Shown in pieces: positions 46,809 through 56,043 of a stretch of 64,000 nt of DNA. A program made the position numbers and the translations under genes. Below the pieces are notes generated by a model, which saw only the letters and a list, made by a program, of their open reading frames with translations, was not told where the DNA came from and searched no databases. Position 1 is the stretch's first letter. Each line of letters begins with the position of its first letter. Origin of the DNA: Oscillospiraceae bacterium (lineage in GTDB: Bacteria > Bacteroidota > Bacteroidia > Bacteroidales > Bacteroidaceae); contig CAVDNW010000001.1 of NCBI GenBank assembly GCA_963610435.1, positions 47,105 to 111,104 of the forward strand. Reading direction: 5' to 3'.

Positions 46809-47714
46809 TTACAAGCCCCACCAGTTGAGGTCGAGCTTCGACTCGACCGTAGTCTCCGTGTCGTCAGGTAGATTGCAGAAGAAATCTATGCCCGTGAGCT
46901 GCTCCAACCGGTCGATGGTGACGGCGTAAGAACGAAGGTTGGTGTCGCGGTTTGCCTTGTGCTCAAACCACAACCCGAGGGCGTGATACTGTCCGTTCTT
47001 TACGGCCAGGACGGCGGTGAAGAAATATTTGGGGACGATGAGATGGCTATTGCTTGTGTAGCCGGCAATCAGACTGCTCTTGTCGATGGTGCCGCCCTTG
47101 CAGACGTAGAGCACGTCTCGGTAGGTGCTGGTGTTCCACTTGTTGCGCAGGGTGTTTTCCATGGTGAGCCACACGCCAGTGTTGAAGCCGTTGATTTGCG
47201 GCTGCATGTTGCTCAGGTAGTAGGTCTGTTCGTTGACTTCCTTTGAGTAGAGGCGGTCGGCTGAGGGGCAGATGTGTCCGCGGTCATAGCCCGAGCCGCG
47301 ATAGTCGGTGAGGGTGGTGCGGTATTGCTCGGGTATGTCGGGGTCTTCTTGGAAGGGGTCTCCGTGCCATTCGGTGTTGTCCCAGTTGTCGCGGTTCCAG
47401 TTGCTATGGCTGGTGAAGGCGTTCATCTGGTAGCATGTCCAGCGCTGGGCCTTCTTGTCACAGTCCCATTCCACAGCGAAATTGACGCCGTAGTTGGCCA
47501 CGGAGTGCACCAGTACGAGGTTGTTGCCGTCGGATTTCAAGTGCGGAAATTCCAAACGGCCGTAGTTGGTGTTGGCGGTGGTAGGGTTGGCGTTTGTGTT
47601 GGTGCCTGTCTCGGTGTCGTTTTTCTTGCTGGGAAGGATGTCGTTTTCTTGGCAGGAGAAGCATACTAGACCGATGGGTAGCAGTGCAAGGGTTATGCGA
47701 TGGATTAGTTTCAT
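46809..47714 (-). CDS. DNA/RNA non-specific endonuclease (Serratia NucA/DRGH family), lipoprotein/secreted
   Basis: Start set at ATG 47714 (MKLIHRITLALLPIGLVCFSC). The catalytic motif is RGSGYDRGHICPSADR, followed by SNMQPQ and the NTGVW pattern. Confidence 0.85.
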   Translation of the reverse strand: MKLIHRITLALLPIGLVCFSCQENDILPSKKNDTETGTNTNANPTTANTNYGRLEFPHLKSDGNNLVLVHSVANYGVNFAVEWDCDKKAQRWTCYQMNAFTSHSNWNRDNWDNTEWHGDPFQEDPDIPEQYRTTLTDYRGSGYDRGHICPSADRLYSKEVNEQTYYLSNMQPQINGFNTGVWLTMENTLRNKWNTSTYRDVLYVCKGGTIDKSSLIAGYTSNSHLIVPKYFFTAVLAVKNGQYHALGLWFEHKANRDTNLRSYAVTIDRLEQLTGIDFFCNLPDDTETTVESKLDLNWWGL

Positions 47715-47836
47715 GGTGTCAATTCGGAACGGGGTTAACGAGATAAACATGAAAAAAGTGCGGCGGAACGCATATGCAACTACGTTCGACCGCACTTTCT
47801 TAATGCTTTATACCGTATGTAATTGTATGTCGAGTA

Positions 47837-48088
47837 TTACTTCTTCAACTTACCGTAACGGTTCATGAAGCGGTCAACGCGACCAGCTGTGTCGACAAGC
47901 TTGCTCTTGCCTGTGTAGAACGGGTGAGAGGTGCTTGAGATTTCGACCTTTACCACGGGGTAAGTCTCGCCTTCAAACTCTACTGTGTCATTGGTCTTGC
48001 ATGTAGACTTTGTAAGGAACATATCGCCGTTGGACATGTCCTTGAACACGACGGGGCGATAGTTTTCTGGATGAATACCTTTTTTCAT
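47837..48088 (-). CDS. rpmE2: 50S ribosomal protein L31, type B (no Cys zinc ribbon)
   Basis: 83 aa, [17 protein letters not shown]...[11 protein letters not shown]. Lacks the CxxC pairs. Confidence 0.9.
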   Translation of the reverse strand: MKKGIHPENYRPVVFKDMSNGDMFLTKSTCKTNDTVEFEGETYPVVKVEISSTSHPFYTGKSKLVDTAGRVDRFMNRYGKLKK

Positions 48089-48139
48089 TTTGATGATTGT
48101 TGTGATGATGAATAATATGCGCTATGCAATTAGCGGGTG

Positions 48140-48147
48140 CAAAATTA
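48140..48147 (-). promoter_or_regulatory. -7 promoter box TAATTTTG (rpmE2, minus strand)
   Basis: Plus-strand caaaatta, 52 nt upstream of ATG 48088. Embedded in an imperfect hairpin that could terminate the upstream lipoprotein operon. Confidence 0.45.
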
Positions 48148-48200
48148 CGAAGAATTCTGCAACCCGCCAAAGATTTGTGTAGCTTTTTGCTAAGTCTTTT

Positions 48201-49658
48201 TTACTTTACTTCCACATTCTTAATCCGCCATGTGGGCGCGGCCTCGCTGGTGCTGGTGTACTGGAAGGCCACGTAGACCGTCTTTTTGTCGGCAAAGGAG
48301 CTCAGGTCGCAAGTGGTGCTGGTGAAGTCCCAACTGTTGCCGTCGGGGTAGGCCGATGGAGTGAGCTTGGTCCAGTTGGTGCCATCGGTCGAGGCAAGCA
48401 CTTGCAGTTCGTCAGCAGTGTTTTTCATGTACTTGGCTGCCTGGTCGAAGGTCAGTGTGGCCTTGGTCAGTCCCTCAAGGCTGAAGGCTGGAGAGATAAT
48501 CATGCTCTTAGCTGCAAGATTGGTCTTGTTGACATATGCTGAGGCAGACATGCAATTGTAGGTGTCATTGTGCTGCCAGACGAAAGACAGGCCTTCGCTG
48601 AGAGAGATGTTGTTGGTGGTGAAGCCGTCGCTGCCCGAGGCAAAGGAGGCGTTGAGTCCCGTGGTGGTTGTCTCCTGTCCGTCACCGCTGATAGAGATGA
48701 TGGTGCTGCTCTTGTCCATCTCATTCTGTCCTTGGTAGTTCTTAAGCGTGCCTTTCACCACTACGGTTTGGCCCACCTTCAGGTCGTTCTTTGAGCTGAA
48801 GTCGGTACCGTTGATGCCCTTTCCTGAGTAAATCTGCAGGGCGTTGGTGGAGGTTCCGTCATCGGAAATGTAATAAGAGAGGCTCTTGTAGGTCTCGTTG
48901 TAGTAGTCGACCGATGAGATGATGCCCTTGACGTACGCTTGGCCGCTGAGAGCGTTGCCGCTATTGTCGGCAATCTTCTGGATGGCCTCGGCCACTGTCC
49001 ATGCCGTTTCGGGCGTGTTGAGGTCGCTGCTGGGCGTGGGATCGTCACCGCCGGTCTCGTCTACTTTGCCTTCTTTCAGTATGAGGTTCTTTACCTCGAT
49101 GGTCGAGGAGGATGTGGTGCATGAGTACATCAGTGCCACTACCACGTCGCCCTTTCCTATGAAGGCTTCCGGAAGGTTCTTCTTGTAGGTGGAGAACGTG
49201 TTCCAGTCGCTGCCCTCAGTCAGGGTGCCGGTGATGTCGGTCCATGACGTAGTGGTGGGATCGCCCGTATAGTTGTCGGTGACGAGCACCTTGTTCTGGT
49301 TTTGGGTTGTGTTCACATAGCGCAGTATGTAGTCGAACTGCAAGTAGGCACCTGTGCTCTTCGACAGGTCGACGGCTGACGAGACGAGGTATGCCTCCGA
49401 CTCGGTTGTCTTCTGTGCGCTATTGTCGTAGCCCGTGGCTTTGGCTGTGCTGTAGTCGATGACCCATGGCGTACCTTTCACGGTGAATGTGGTGAACTTG
49501 CCGAAATTGCTGGCAAATGTCTCGTCGAGGTAGATACCGTCGGTCGATGTGCTGTCTTGACTGTTGTTGGGATCGTCGTATGGCATGGGCACGTCAGAGC
49601 AAGCCGCGAAGGTGCAGGCGGCCAGCAGAGCCATGACGGATTTGATAATCGCTTTCAT
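48201..49658 (-). CDS. surface lipoprotein with two choice-of-anchor-J/MAM-like domains and a central OB-fold-like module
   Basis: 485 aa. Lipobox LLAACTFAACSD. Each end carries a jelly-roll-like block (FASNFGKFTTFTVKG...AYLQFDY and FASGSDGFTTNN...VYVAFQYTS...WRIKNVEVK). The middle part, YVKGIISSVDYYNETYKSLSYYISDDG...QIYSGKG...VGQTVVVKGTLKNYQG, looks OB-like. Confidence 0.55.
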   Translation of the reverse strand: MKAIIKSVMALLAACTFAACSDVPMPYDDPNNSQDSTSTDGIYLDETFASNFGKFTTFTVKGTPWVIDYSTAKATGYDNSAQKTTESEAYLVSSAVDLSKSTGAYLQFDYILRYVNTTQNQNKVLVTDNYTGDPTTTSWTDITGTLTEGSDWNTFSTYKKNLPEAFIGKGDVVVALMYSCTTSSSTIEVKNLILKEGKVDETGGDDPTPSSDLNTPETAWTVAEAIQKIADNSGNALSGQAYVKGIISSVDYYNETYKSLSYYISDDGTSTNALQIYSGKGINGTDFSSKNDLKVGQTVVVKGTLKNYQGQNEMDKSSTIISISGDGQETTTTGLNASFASGSDGFTTNNISLSEGLSFVWQHNDTYNCMSASAYVNKTNLAAKSMIISPAFSLEGLTKATLTFDQAAKYMKNTADELQVLASTDGTNWTKLTPSAYPDGNSWDFTSTTCDLSSFADKKTVYVAFQYTSTSEAAPTWRIKNVEVK

Positions 49659-49706
49659 GTTATTGATTTTCTTGTTGATGTGTTCTGTTATATGATATCT
49701 CGTAAA

Positions 49707-50555
49707 CTATTTCGCGGTCTTGATGTCGCTAGTCTTTCGGATGAGGATTTGCCACGTGTTGTTGTAGCGAGTGGCGATGCCGGTGATGTCGACGGCCAGT
49801 GGCTTGTGCTCGACAGTGTCGTAGGGCAGCGTGACGGCTGCAAACTCTGCGTAGGTGCTGGTACGAATCACAACGTCCGACCCCATTCCGGTGAGCTCTT
49901 GGTTGACGGCATTGCCGGAGGCTGTGCCTGTTGTGAAGGTGTTCTTGCCGTCGGCGTTCTTGAACGTGACGCCTTTCAGAGTGATGAGTTTGGCACAGTT
50001 TTCGTCCATGTTGTCCTTGACGGTGTTGAAGTCGACCGCCTTGATGACCGTGGTGTCGATGTCGCCCACAATCTTGAAGTGCTGGTCCCAGATGTCCTTC
50101 TGCATGCGTCCGATGCTGTTGCCGTTGTAGGGGGCGCCTATCTCGGGCTGCTTGCGGTAGCCGCCGATGTAGAGGTCCTTGAGGTCTACGAGAATTTCCG
50201 AACCTTCTGCGAGGTAACCGTTGAGGCCGCCGGCGTTGATGGCGATGATGATGGCACCCGTGGCGTCCTGCAGCATCACTTGCTTGTAGATGTTGCGCCC
50301 GATGTCGTTGCCGGTGATGCGGCCCTTAATCTGGATGTCTTCGGTAATCTTGGTGTTCTGGTCAGTGCCCGCGAAGACGTTGGGGTATCGTTTGATGAGC
50401 TCGCGGACTGAGATAACGTTGTGCTCCGTGATGCTGTTGTTGCCGAAAGGAGCGCCGTCGTCGAAGTTGGGCTCGTCCCAGTCGCCGTCCATGCAGCTTG
50501 TGAAAAGGCCGCATACTAGGGCGATGAGGAAAAGGTATGTTGCTTTTATTTTCAT
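49707..50555 (-). CDS. surface lipoprotein, DUF5689-like (OB-fold-like core)
   Basis: 282 aa. Lipobox GLFTSCMD. The pattern IQIKGRITGNDIGRNIYKQVMLQDATGAIIIAI...EILVDLKDLYIGGY...ITLKGVTF...VVIRTSTYAEFA...ITGIATRYNNTWQILIRKTSDI matches my memory of DUF5689. Confidence 0.55.
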   Translation of the reverse strand: MKIKATYLFLIALVCGLFTSCMDGDWDEPNFDDGAPFGNNSITEHNVISVRELIKRYPNVFAGTDQNTKITEDIQIKGRITGNDIGRNIYKQVMLQDATGAIIIAINAGGLNGYLAEGSEILVDLKDLYIGGYRKQPEIGAPYNGNSIGRMQKDIWDQHFKIVGDIDTTVIKAVDFNTVKDNMDENCAKLITLKGVTFKNADGKNTFTTGTASGNAVNQELTGMGSDVVIRTSTYAEFAAVTLPYDTVEHKPLAVDITGIATRYNNTWQILIRKTSDIKTAK

Positions 50556-50569
50556 GTCGTTCTCCTTCC

Positions 50570-53125
50570 TTAGAATTTATAAGTGACGATAATCATGCCG
50601 TTGATGCCGTTGGCGTAGAATTTCTTCGGGTTATTGAGGAAATTGTAGGTGCGGATGGTTTCACCGCTTTCGTCATAGGTCTGTCGGTTCTGTTCCATAC
50701 CGCCTGTGACGAGCTTGCGGTTGTTGAGCACGTTGGTCAGCGTCAGGTTGATGGAGAGTGAGTTCTTGCCCACGTAGATGCTCTTGCCGATGGAGGCGTC
50801 GAGCATAAATCCTCCGTGGCCCTTGGCCTGCGAGGGGGTCTTGCTGATGTCGTGCATGGCCTCATTGTTCTCGTCCATGATGATGTTGCCGCTTTCGTCC
50901 TTCAGTGTGGGAAGGTTCTTGTAGTAGCGTGTTACGGGCGTGTAGTAGAGGTAGATGCGGTCATAGTAGTTGCCGATGAGGTCGATGAACCAGCCGCCTG
51001 AGTGGTAGGACAGGTCGACGGAATAGGCAGAGAGGGGCGTGCCGCCCTCGCGCATATTCTTGTTGACCACGATGTCGTTGTAGTATTTGCCATCGTTGGA
51101 GAGCATGTAGATGGCCCTGGCGTTGTTGGCATACTTGGCTTCGCTGACGGTGGCCAGCGTGTTGATGCTGAATGTGGACGACAACTTGAAATCGAGGCCC
51201 AGCTCCACTCCGTAATACTGCTTGTTGATGCCTGAGAGCGATACGTAGGAGAAGGAGTTGCTGGTGTCGTAGTAGTACATGCTATACTCGGTGACATCGG
51301 CCAGACGGCTGAAATAGCCTTGGATGTTGGCACGCAACCAACTGTTTTGGAACTGGTAGCCCAGTTCGGTGGAGAAAATCTTCTCCGTGCACAGGCCCTC
51401 CACGAAGTCGTTGTTGATTTGTGGCGATGCGAAGGCCACGCGGGCGTTAGGTGCCTTCCATTCATAGCCCACTCCGAGCGACAGCGTGTTGCCGTTGCCC
51501 AACCGGATGTTGGCGCCGCCCTTGGCGCCGCCATCGAGGAAGTAGGCTGTTCCGCTCTTTCCGAGCGAGTTGTTGATGGCCAGGCCGTTCTGCATCTTGC
51601 CTTCACGCTGCAGCGATGTACCTGCGATGTTGCCGCTGATGAAGAGCCGTGCCCACTTGATCTCGGCCTGATAGTTGGCCCAGGCTTGTGCGCGGTTCAC
51701 GAAGATATTGTAGTCGTAACCGAAGCGGTCGCCCTCTCGTACCAGCTTGTTGCCGTCGCGCACGTCGTAAAGGGCGCGCGGGTCGGAGATGGAGTAGGTG
51801 CCCAAGACGTAGTAGTTGGTATTGTGGAACTGCTTGGCACCGAGCAAGTCTTCCATTGTCTGATAGTGCATGCCCTTGTTGGTGCTTAGGTTGACGCCGG
51901 CGTTGAGGAAGCTGGATGCCGTCAGGTCCTTGTGCAGGATGGACGAGAGCGTCAGCGCGAGCTGGTCGTCGTGGTAGGCCTGCTGGTAATACATCGCGTC
52001 GGCACCTTGCGCGGAGGCCGTCTTGTTTGCATAGTAGAGCTTGTCCCAGTCGATTTGCCGGTTGGCCTTTGATGCCTTGAAGAAATTCACGGCAGACTGC
52101 CAGGCCTCCAGGTCAGAGGAACTTGAAGAGCCGCTTCCGCCCCATACGTCGTAGAAGTAGCTCGGCATGAGGCTGTAGTAGTCGGGTGCGGGGTTGGTGG
52201 CGTTGTTGTAGTTCAGGCGTGTGCTGCTGTACATGGAATACTTGCCGAGCAGCGATGTGGTGAGTTTCGTCTGGTCGTCAATCTTGAAGTCCCAGGTCAG
52301 CAGAGCGGCTGGGGCGAAGTCGTGGACCACGCGGCTGTTGCGTCGCTTGCCGTCCTGGTATCCCCAGTTGGGGTTGTAGTTGTAGTTGTTGGCCAGCCAG
52401 TACATCTCGTCGGTCGATGCACTTTGTGTGGCGCGCTCCGTAGGGTTGCCCCATGTGACCAGCGAGAGGGAGTGCTGGGCGTCGAACACCTTTTCCACTC
52501 CGAGGAAATAGGAGAGCGAGTTATAGAAAGTTCCCTCCACATATCCGCGGTTGGCCCATCTGTAGGTGAGTGCGGCCGACCATGCCCATCCGTTCTCGCT
52601 GAGGCCGGAGTTGTAGGAGTACATGGCGCGGGCTGTATAGTTGCGGTTGGCAGCGGCCAGCGAGATGCGCTGGCCGACAGGCATGGCCGACGGCCGGAAG
52701 TTGTAGTTGTTGCTGCCGCCCAGTCCTGTCATGGCGAAATTGTTTGTCTCAAAGGGCAGCGCCGACTCCACGCTGCGTGTCTGGTTGTTCAGTCCTCCGA
52801 CAAAAGAGTATCGGAACTCGCCGCGCTCAAGGTCGTTTACCGGGTTTCCGTTGATGTAGATGTCGTTGTACTTGGCGTTATACGCCCTGTACTTGAACCT
52901 CATCGGGCTCCACCTGTAGCCCACCTGACTGGCATAGGCATTGGTGCTGGACGAGATGATCGACACGCTCTGTGTCACATTCTCATCCTCGCCCAGTTGA
53001 GCTTCGGTGAACGTGAATGCCTGCTCGCCGATGGAGATGGGTGGTTGGCCGATGGAGTCAGACTGTCCCCAGGCCTGATGAGCCACTCCCATGGCTACCA
53101 GTGCAAATAGAAGCTTTTTCTGCAT
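50570..53125 (-). CDS. TonB-dependent outer membrane receptor (no SusD partner)
   Basis: 851 aa. Signal peptide ending in AWGQ, a plug-like YINGNPVNDLERGEF segment, a long beta-barrel and a C-terminal aromatic residue (IIVTYKF). Lies 14 nt upstream of the DUF5689-like gene. Confidence 0.75.
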   Translation of the reverse strand: MQKKLLFALVAMGVAHQAWGQSDSIGQPPISIGEQAFTFTEAQLGEDENVTQSVSIISSSTNAYASQVGYRWSPMRFKYRAYNAKYNDIYINGNPVNDLERGEFRYSFVGGLNNQTRSVESALPFETNNFAMTGLGGSNNYNFRPSAMPVGQRISLAAANRNYTARAMYSYNSGLSENGWAWSAALTYRWANRGYVEGTFYNSLSYFLGVEKVFDAQHSLSLVTWGNPTERATQSASTDEMYWLANNYNYNPNWGYQDGKRRNSRVVHDFAPAALLTWDFKIDDQTKLTTSLLGKYSMYSSTRLNYNNATNPAPDYYSLMPSYFYDVWGGSGSSSSSDLEAWQSAVNFFKASKANRQIDWDKLYYANKTASAQGADAMYYQQAYHDDQLALTLSSILHKDLTASSFLNAGVNLSTNKGMHYQTMEDLLGAKQFHNTNYYVLGTYSISDPRALYDVRDGNKLVREGDRFGYDYNIFVNRAQAWANYQAEIKWARLFISGNIAGTSLQREGKMQNGLAINNSLGKSGTAYFLDGGAKGGANIRLGNGNTLSLGVGYEWKAPNARVAFASPQINNDFVEGLCTEKIFSTELGYQFQNSWLRANIQGYFSRLADVTEYSMYYYDTSNSFSYVSLSGINKQYYGVELGLDFKLSSTFSINTLATVSEAKYANNARAIYMLSNDGKYYNDIVVNKNMREGGTPLSAYSVDLSYHSGGWFIDLIGNYYDRIYLYYTPVTRYYKNLPTLKDESGNIIMDENNEAMHDISKTPSQAKGHGGFMLDASIGKSIYVGKNSLSINLTLTNVLNNRKLVTGGMEQNRQTYDESGETIRTYNFLNNPKKFYANGINGMIIVTYKF

Positions 53126-53278
53126 AGTTGATGGATGTAATGTTGAATGCGTAATAATAAATATTGCAAAGTAACGAAATATATTCCAAATACAGAAGTC
53201 TTTTTTATTAATTTTTTGCGAAATATGACGTTTGTTTGGATATTAATTGCGATATTTGCAGAAAAATTACAGATTAGG

Positions 53279-54442
53279 ATGAAAAGACAATTGTTTGCTT
53301 TGTTTGCCGTGTTGGTGTTGCTCCTTCCGGCATCGGCACAAAAGAAGTTCTCGGTCTATGCCGTTGGCTTCTACAACCAGGAGAACTTGTTTGACACGTG
53401 TCACGATGTGGGCAAGAACGATTACCAATATCTTCCTAATGGTTCCAACCATTGGAACGGCTTGAAATACAGTCATAAGCTCCACAACATGTCGACTGCC
53501 CTCAGCGACATGGCCACCACCACGCTGCCCGGTGTGGGCTGCGCGGCCATTGGCCTGAGCGAGGTGGAGAACGCTAAGGTGCTCGCAGACCTCTGTGACC
53601 AGCCAGCTCTGAAGGCCCGTGGCTACCAGTTCTGTCATATCGAGGGGCCCGACCATCGCGGCATCGATTGTGCGCTGCTCTATCAGCCGTCCCTTTTCAC
53701 GGTGAAGGACATGAAGCTCTATCCCTATATCCCCACCGAGAAGCAGGACTCCAACTTCCGCACCCGCGGCTTTCTGGCCGTGAGTGGCGTGATGGCGGGC
53801 GAGCATGTCGTGATCATTGTCAACCACCTGCCCAGCCGTTTCAGCGGGTCCTACTACCGTGAGGTGGGCGCAGCGCAGATCAAGGCGCTGAAGGAACGCA
53901 TTCAGGCCAAGACACCAGACTGCAAGATTGTCGTCATGGGTGATATGAATGATGACCCGAACAACAAGAGCATGTATGACATCCTGTCGGCCAAGGAGGA
54001 TATCGACAAGGTGGGAAAGGACGATATGTACAACCCATGGTACAACGTCCTCACCAAGCAGGGTACGGGGACGCTGATGTACCAGGGTTCCTGGAATCTT
54101 TTCGACCAGATTATTCTCTCTCCCAATATGCTCAACAAGAAAGGCAACAAAGCCGCCCCGTCGCTCAAATACTGGAAGTGCGAGATTCAGCGCATGCCCT
54201 ATCTCTTCCAGACGGAAGGCAAATACAAAGGCGGCACCAAACGCACCACAGCCGGCGGCGTGTGGCTCGACGGCTACTCGGACCATCTGCCGACCGTGGT
54301 CTACCTCATGAAGGAGCAAGGTGTGAAGACCAAGGATGCCGGCGACTGCCTGTTGCCCGACTTCACGGAGGCTGAGAAAAGAAACATCGCAGAGTGTGAG
54401 CTGGAGAAGCAAGAGCGCATAGCGAAGGACGACAGCAAGTGA
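53279..54442 (+). CDS. secreted endonuclease/exonuclease/phosphatase (EEP) family nuclease
   Basis: Start set at ATG 53279 (MKRQLFALFAVLVLLLPASAQ); the track ORF starts at 53147. Motifs YNQENLFD, GLSEVEN, GDMNDDP and YSDHLP are present. Confidence 0.85.
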   Translation: MKRQLFALFAVLVLLLPASAQKKFSVYAVGFYNQENLFDTCHDVGKNDYQYLPNGSNHWNGLKYSHKLHNMSTALSDMATTTLPGVGCAAIGLSEVENAKVLADLCDQPALKARGYQFCHIEGPDHRGIDCALLYQPSLFTVKDMKLYPYIPTEKQDSNFRTRGFLAVSGVMAGEHVVIIVNHLPSRFSGSYYREVGAAQIKALKERIQAKTPDCKIVVMGDMNDDPNNKSMYDILSAKEDIDKVGKDDMYNPWYNVLTKQGTGTLMYQGSWNLFDQIILSPNMLNKKGNKAAPSLKYWKCEIQRMPYLFQTEGKYKGGTKRTTAGGVWLDGYSDHLPTVVYLMKEQGVKTKDAGDCLLPDFTEAEKRNIAECELEKQERIAKDDSK

Positions 54443-54544
54443 TCCGGGAGGGCGCAGGGCCTGACGGAATTATCCGACTGTCGCGAAGGTGACGGCTCCG
54501 CAGTCTCATGACGGACGTAGATGCTCCGTAATATAAGGCATGGC

Positions 54545-55195
54545 ATGAAGAAAAAGGCATCCGAAAACGCATTGTCCTCAAGGGATGAGGCTCCTGTGGA
54601 GACCCATCCCTTTGAGCCTTTCCTGCCTTCTGGTGCCCGCTTGCTCATGCTGGGGACGTTTCCGCCAGCTCCCAAGCGATGGTGCATGGACTGGTATTAC
54701 CCCAACTATACCAACGACATGTGGCGCATCCTGGGGATCTGTTTCTTTGGCGACAAACTGCGTTTTGTCGATGAGGCGCACAAGACTTACCGTCTGGACG
54801 AGCTCAAGCGTTTTCTGGATGAGGTGGGTATTGCCATCTTCGACACTTGCCTCCGTGTGCGCCGCACCACAGGAACGGCCTCTGACAAGGATCTCGAGGT
54901 GGTGGAGCGTACCGACCTCGATGGCCTGTTGCGTAGCTTGCTGCAGTGCAGGGGTGTGGTGGCAGCCGGACAACTGGCTACCAACCTGTTCACCGGACAC
55001 TATGGTATAGACGCCCGCACGATGCGGATGGGCGACCATCGTGACTTTACCTTTGACGGACGGACCATCAGCCTCTACCGCCAGCCCAGTTCGAGCCGTG
55101 CCTTCCCCATGCGGTTGGAGCAGAAGGCCGCTTACTATAAGAGCATGTTCGAAGACTTGGGGCTCATGGCATCATGGCACCCGGACATCCTATAA
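54545..55195 (+). CDS. UDG-superfamily DNA glycosylase (deoxyinosine/hypoxanthine glycosylase-like)
   Basis: Start set at ATG 54545. HPFEPFLPSGARLLMLGTFPPAPKRWCMDWYYPNYTNDMWRILG resembles the family-6 UDG motif (GSFPS...YY.hp.N.FW). Confidence 0.6.
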   Translation: MKKKASENALSSRDEAPVETHPFEPFLPSGARLLMLGTFPPAPKRWCMDWYYPNYTNDMWRILGICFFGDKLRFVDEAHKTYRLDELKRFLDEVGIAIFDTCLRVRRTTGTASDKDLEVVERTDLDGLLRSLLQCRGVVAAGQLATNLFTGHYGIDARTMRMGDHRDFTFDGRTISLYRQPSSSRAFPMRLEQKAAYYKSMFEDLGLMASWHPDIL

Positions 55196-55214
55196 TCAAG
55201 AAAAAACGAAAGAA

Positions 55215-55841
55215 ATGGAAAATAAAGTGACCATTATCGGCATAGCCGGCGGCACGGGGTCGGGAAAGACCACGGTCGTGAAGAAGATTGTGGAGGCGCT
55301 TCCGCCTCATTATGTGGCCGTCGTTCCGCTCGACAGTTACTACAATGACACCACAGACCTGACGCCCGACGAGCGCAAGGCCATCAATTTCGACCATCCC
55401 GATGCGTTCGACTGGAAGCTGCTCACCAAGCAAGTCAACGAATTGCGGCAAGGCCATGCCATCGAACAGCCCACTTACTCCTATATCCTAAGCAACCGTT
55501 TGCCTGAGACCATCCATGTGGAGCCGAAGCCTGTCATCATCATCGAGGGCATCATGACGCTCATCAACAAGCGCCTGCGCGACATTATGGATCTGAAGAT
55601 CTTTGTGGACTGCGACCCTGACGAACGTCTGATCCGCAATATCCAGCGCGATACCATCGACCGCGGCCGCACGGTGTCGATGGTTGTCGACCGCTACCTG
55701 GAGGTGCTCAAGCCCATGCACGAGCAGTTTATCGAGCCTACGAAGCGCTATGCCGACGTGATTATCCCTCAGGGAGGGGAGAACGTCAAGGGCATCGGCA
55801 TGCTCACCAACTACATCAAGACGCTTATTCCCACGGAGTAG
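55215..55841 (+). CDS. udk: uridine kinase
   Basis: Start at ATG 55215 (MENKVTIIGIAGGTGSGKTT). Udk pattern runs the full length (NFDHPDAFD...YSY...DRGR). Confidence 0.95.
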   Translation: MENKVTIIGIAGGTGSGKTTVVKKIVEALPPHYVAVVPLDSYYNDTTDLTPDERKAINFDHPDAFDWKLLTKQVNELRQGHAIEQPTYSYILSNRLPETIHVEPKPVIIIEGIMTLINKRLRDIMDLKIFVDCDPDERLIRNIQRDTIDRGRTVSMVVDRYLEVLKPMHEQFIEPTKRYADVIIPQGGENVKGIGMLTNYIKTLIPTE

Positions 55842-55919
55842 CGGGCGGACTTCCGGCATGAGAGCGGGACCTTTCCTGAAGCGAAGCGTTGGGGTAGCCA
55901 CATAGCGGCCGCACGCAAG

Positions 55920-55965
55920 CAGAAGGCCCAAAGACATCCGTGAAGGAATGTTTTTGGGCCTTCTG
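55920..55965. terminator. 13-bp hairpin between convergent udk and DUF308 genes
   Basis: cagaaggcccaaa (55920-55932) pairs with tttgggccttctg (55953-55965); the A/T runs allow termination in both directions. Confidence 0.7.
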
Positions 55966-56043
55966 TGCACTTGTTGCCTGCGTTGCCGCTTGGCGTCAAG
56001 AAGCGTGCGTGCTGTCGATGGCAAGCCGCGCTGAGGTGGGCAA

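Noticed and set aside
47837-48088. rpmE2 (Cys-less L31) sits inside the nuclease/TBDR cluster. I considered it a zinc-starvation (Zur) marker linking the cluster to metal limitation.
   Set aside because: I could not recognise a Zur-box-like palindrome in 48089-48200. Bacteroidota often carry only the type-B L31, and the gene has its own TAATTTTG promoter box, so the adjacency is probably incidental.
7192-55214. N-terminal extensions of several track ORFs: 7192, 11892, 14744, 19972, 20295, 20830, 21677, 47795, 53147, 54521, 55041, 56781, 56757, 58621, 62814.
   Set aside because: The extensions start at non-ATG codons or run through promoter boxes and intergenic DNA. In each case an internal ATG gives a canonical signal peptide or family N-terminus, and I used that ATG.
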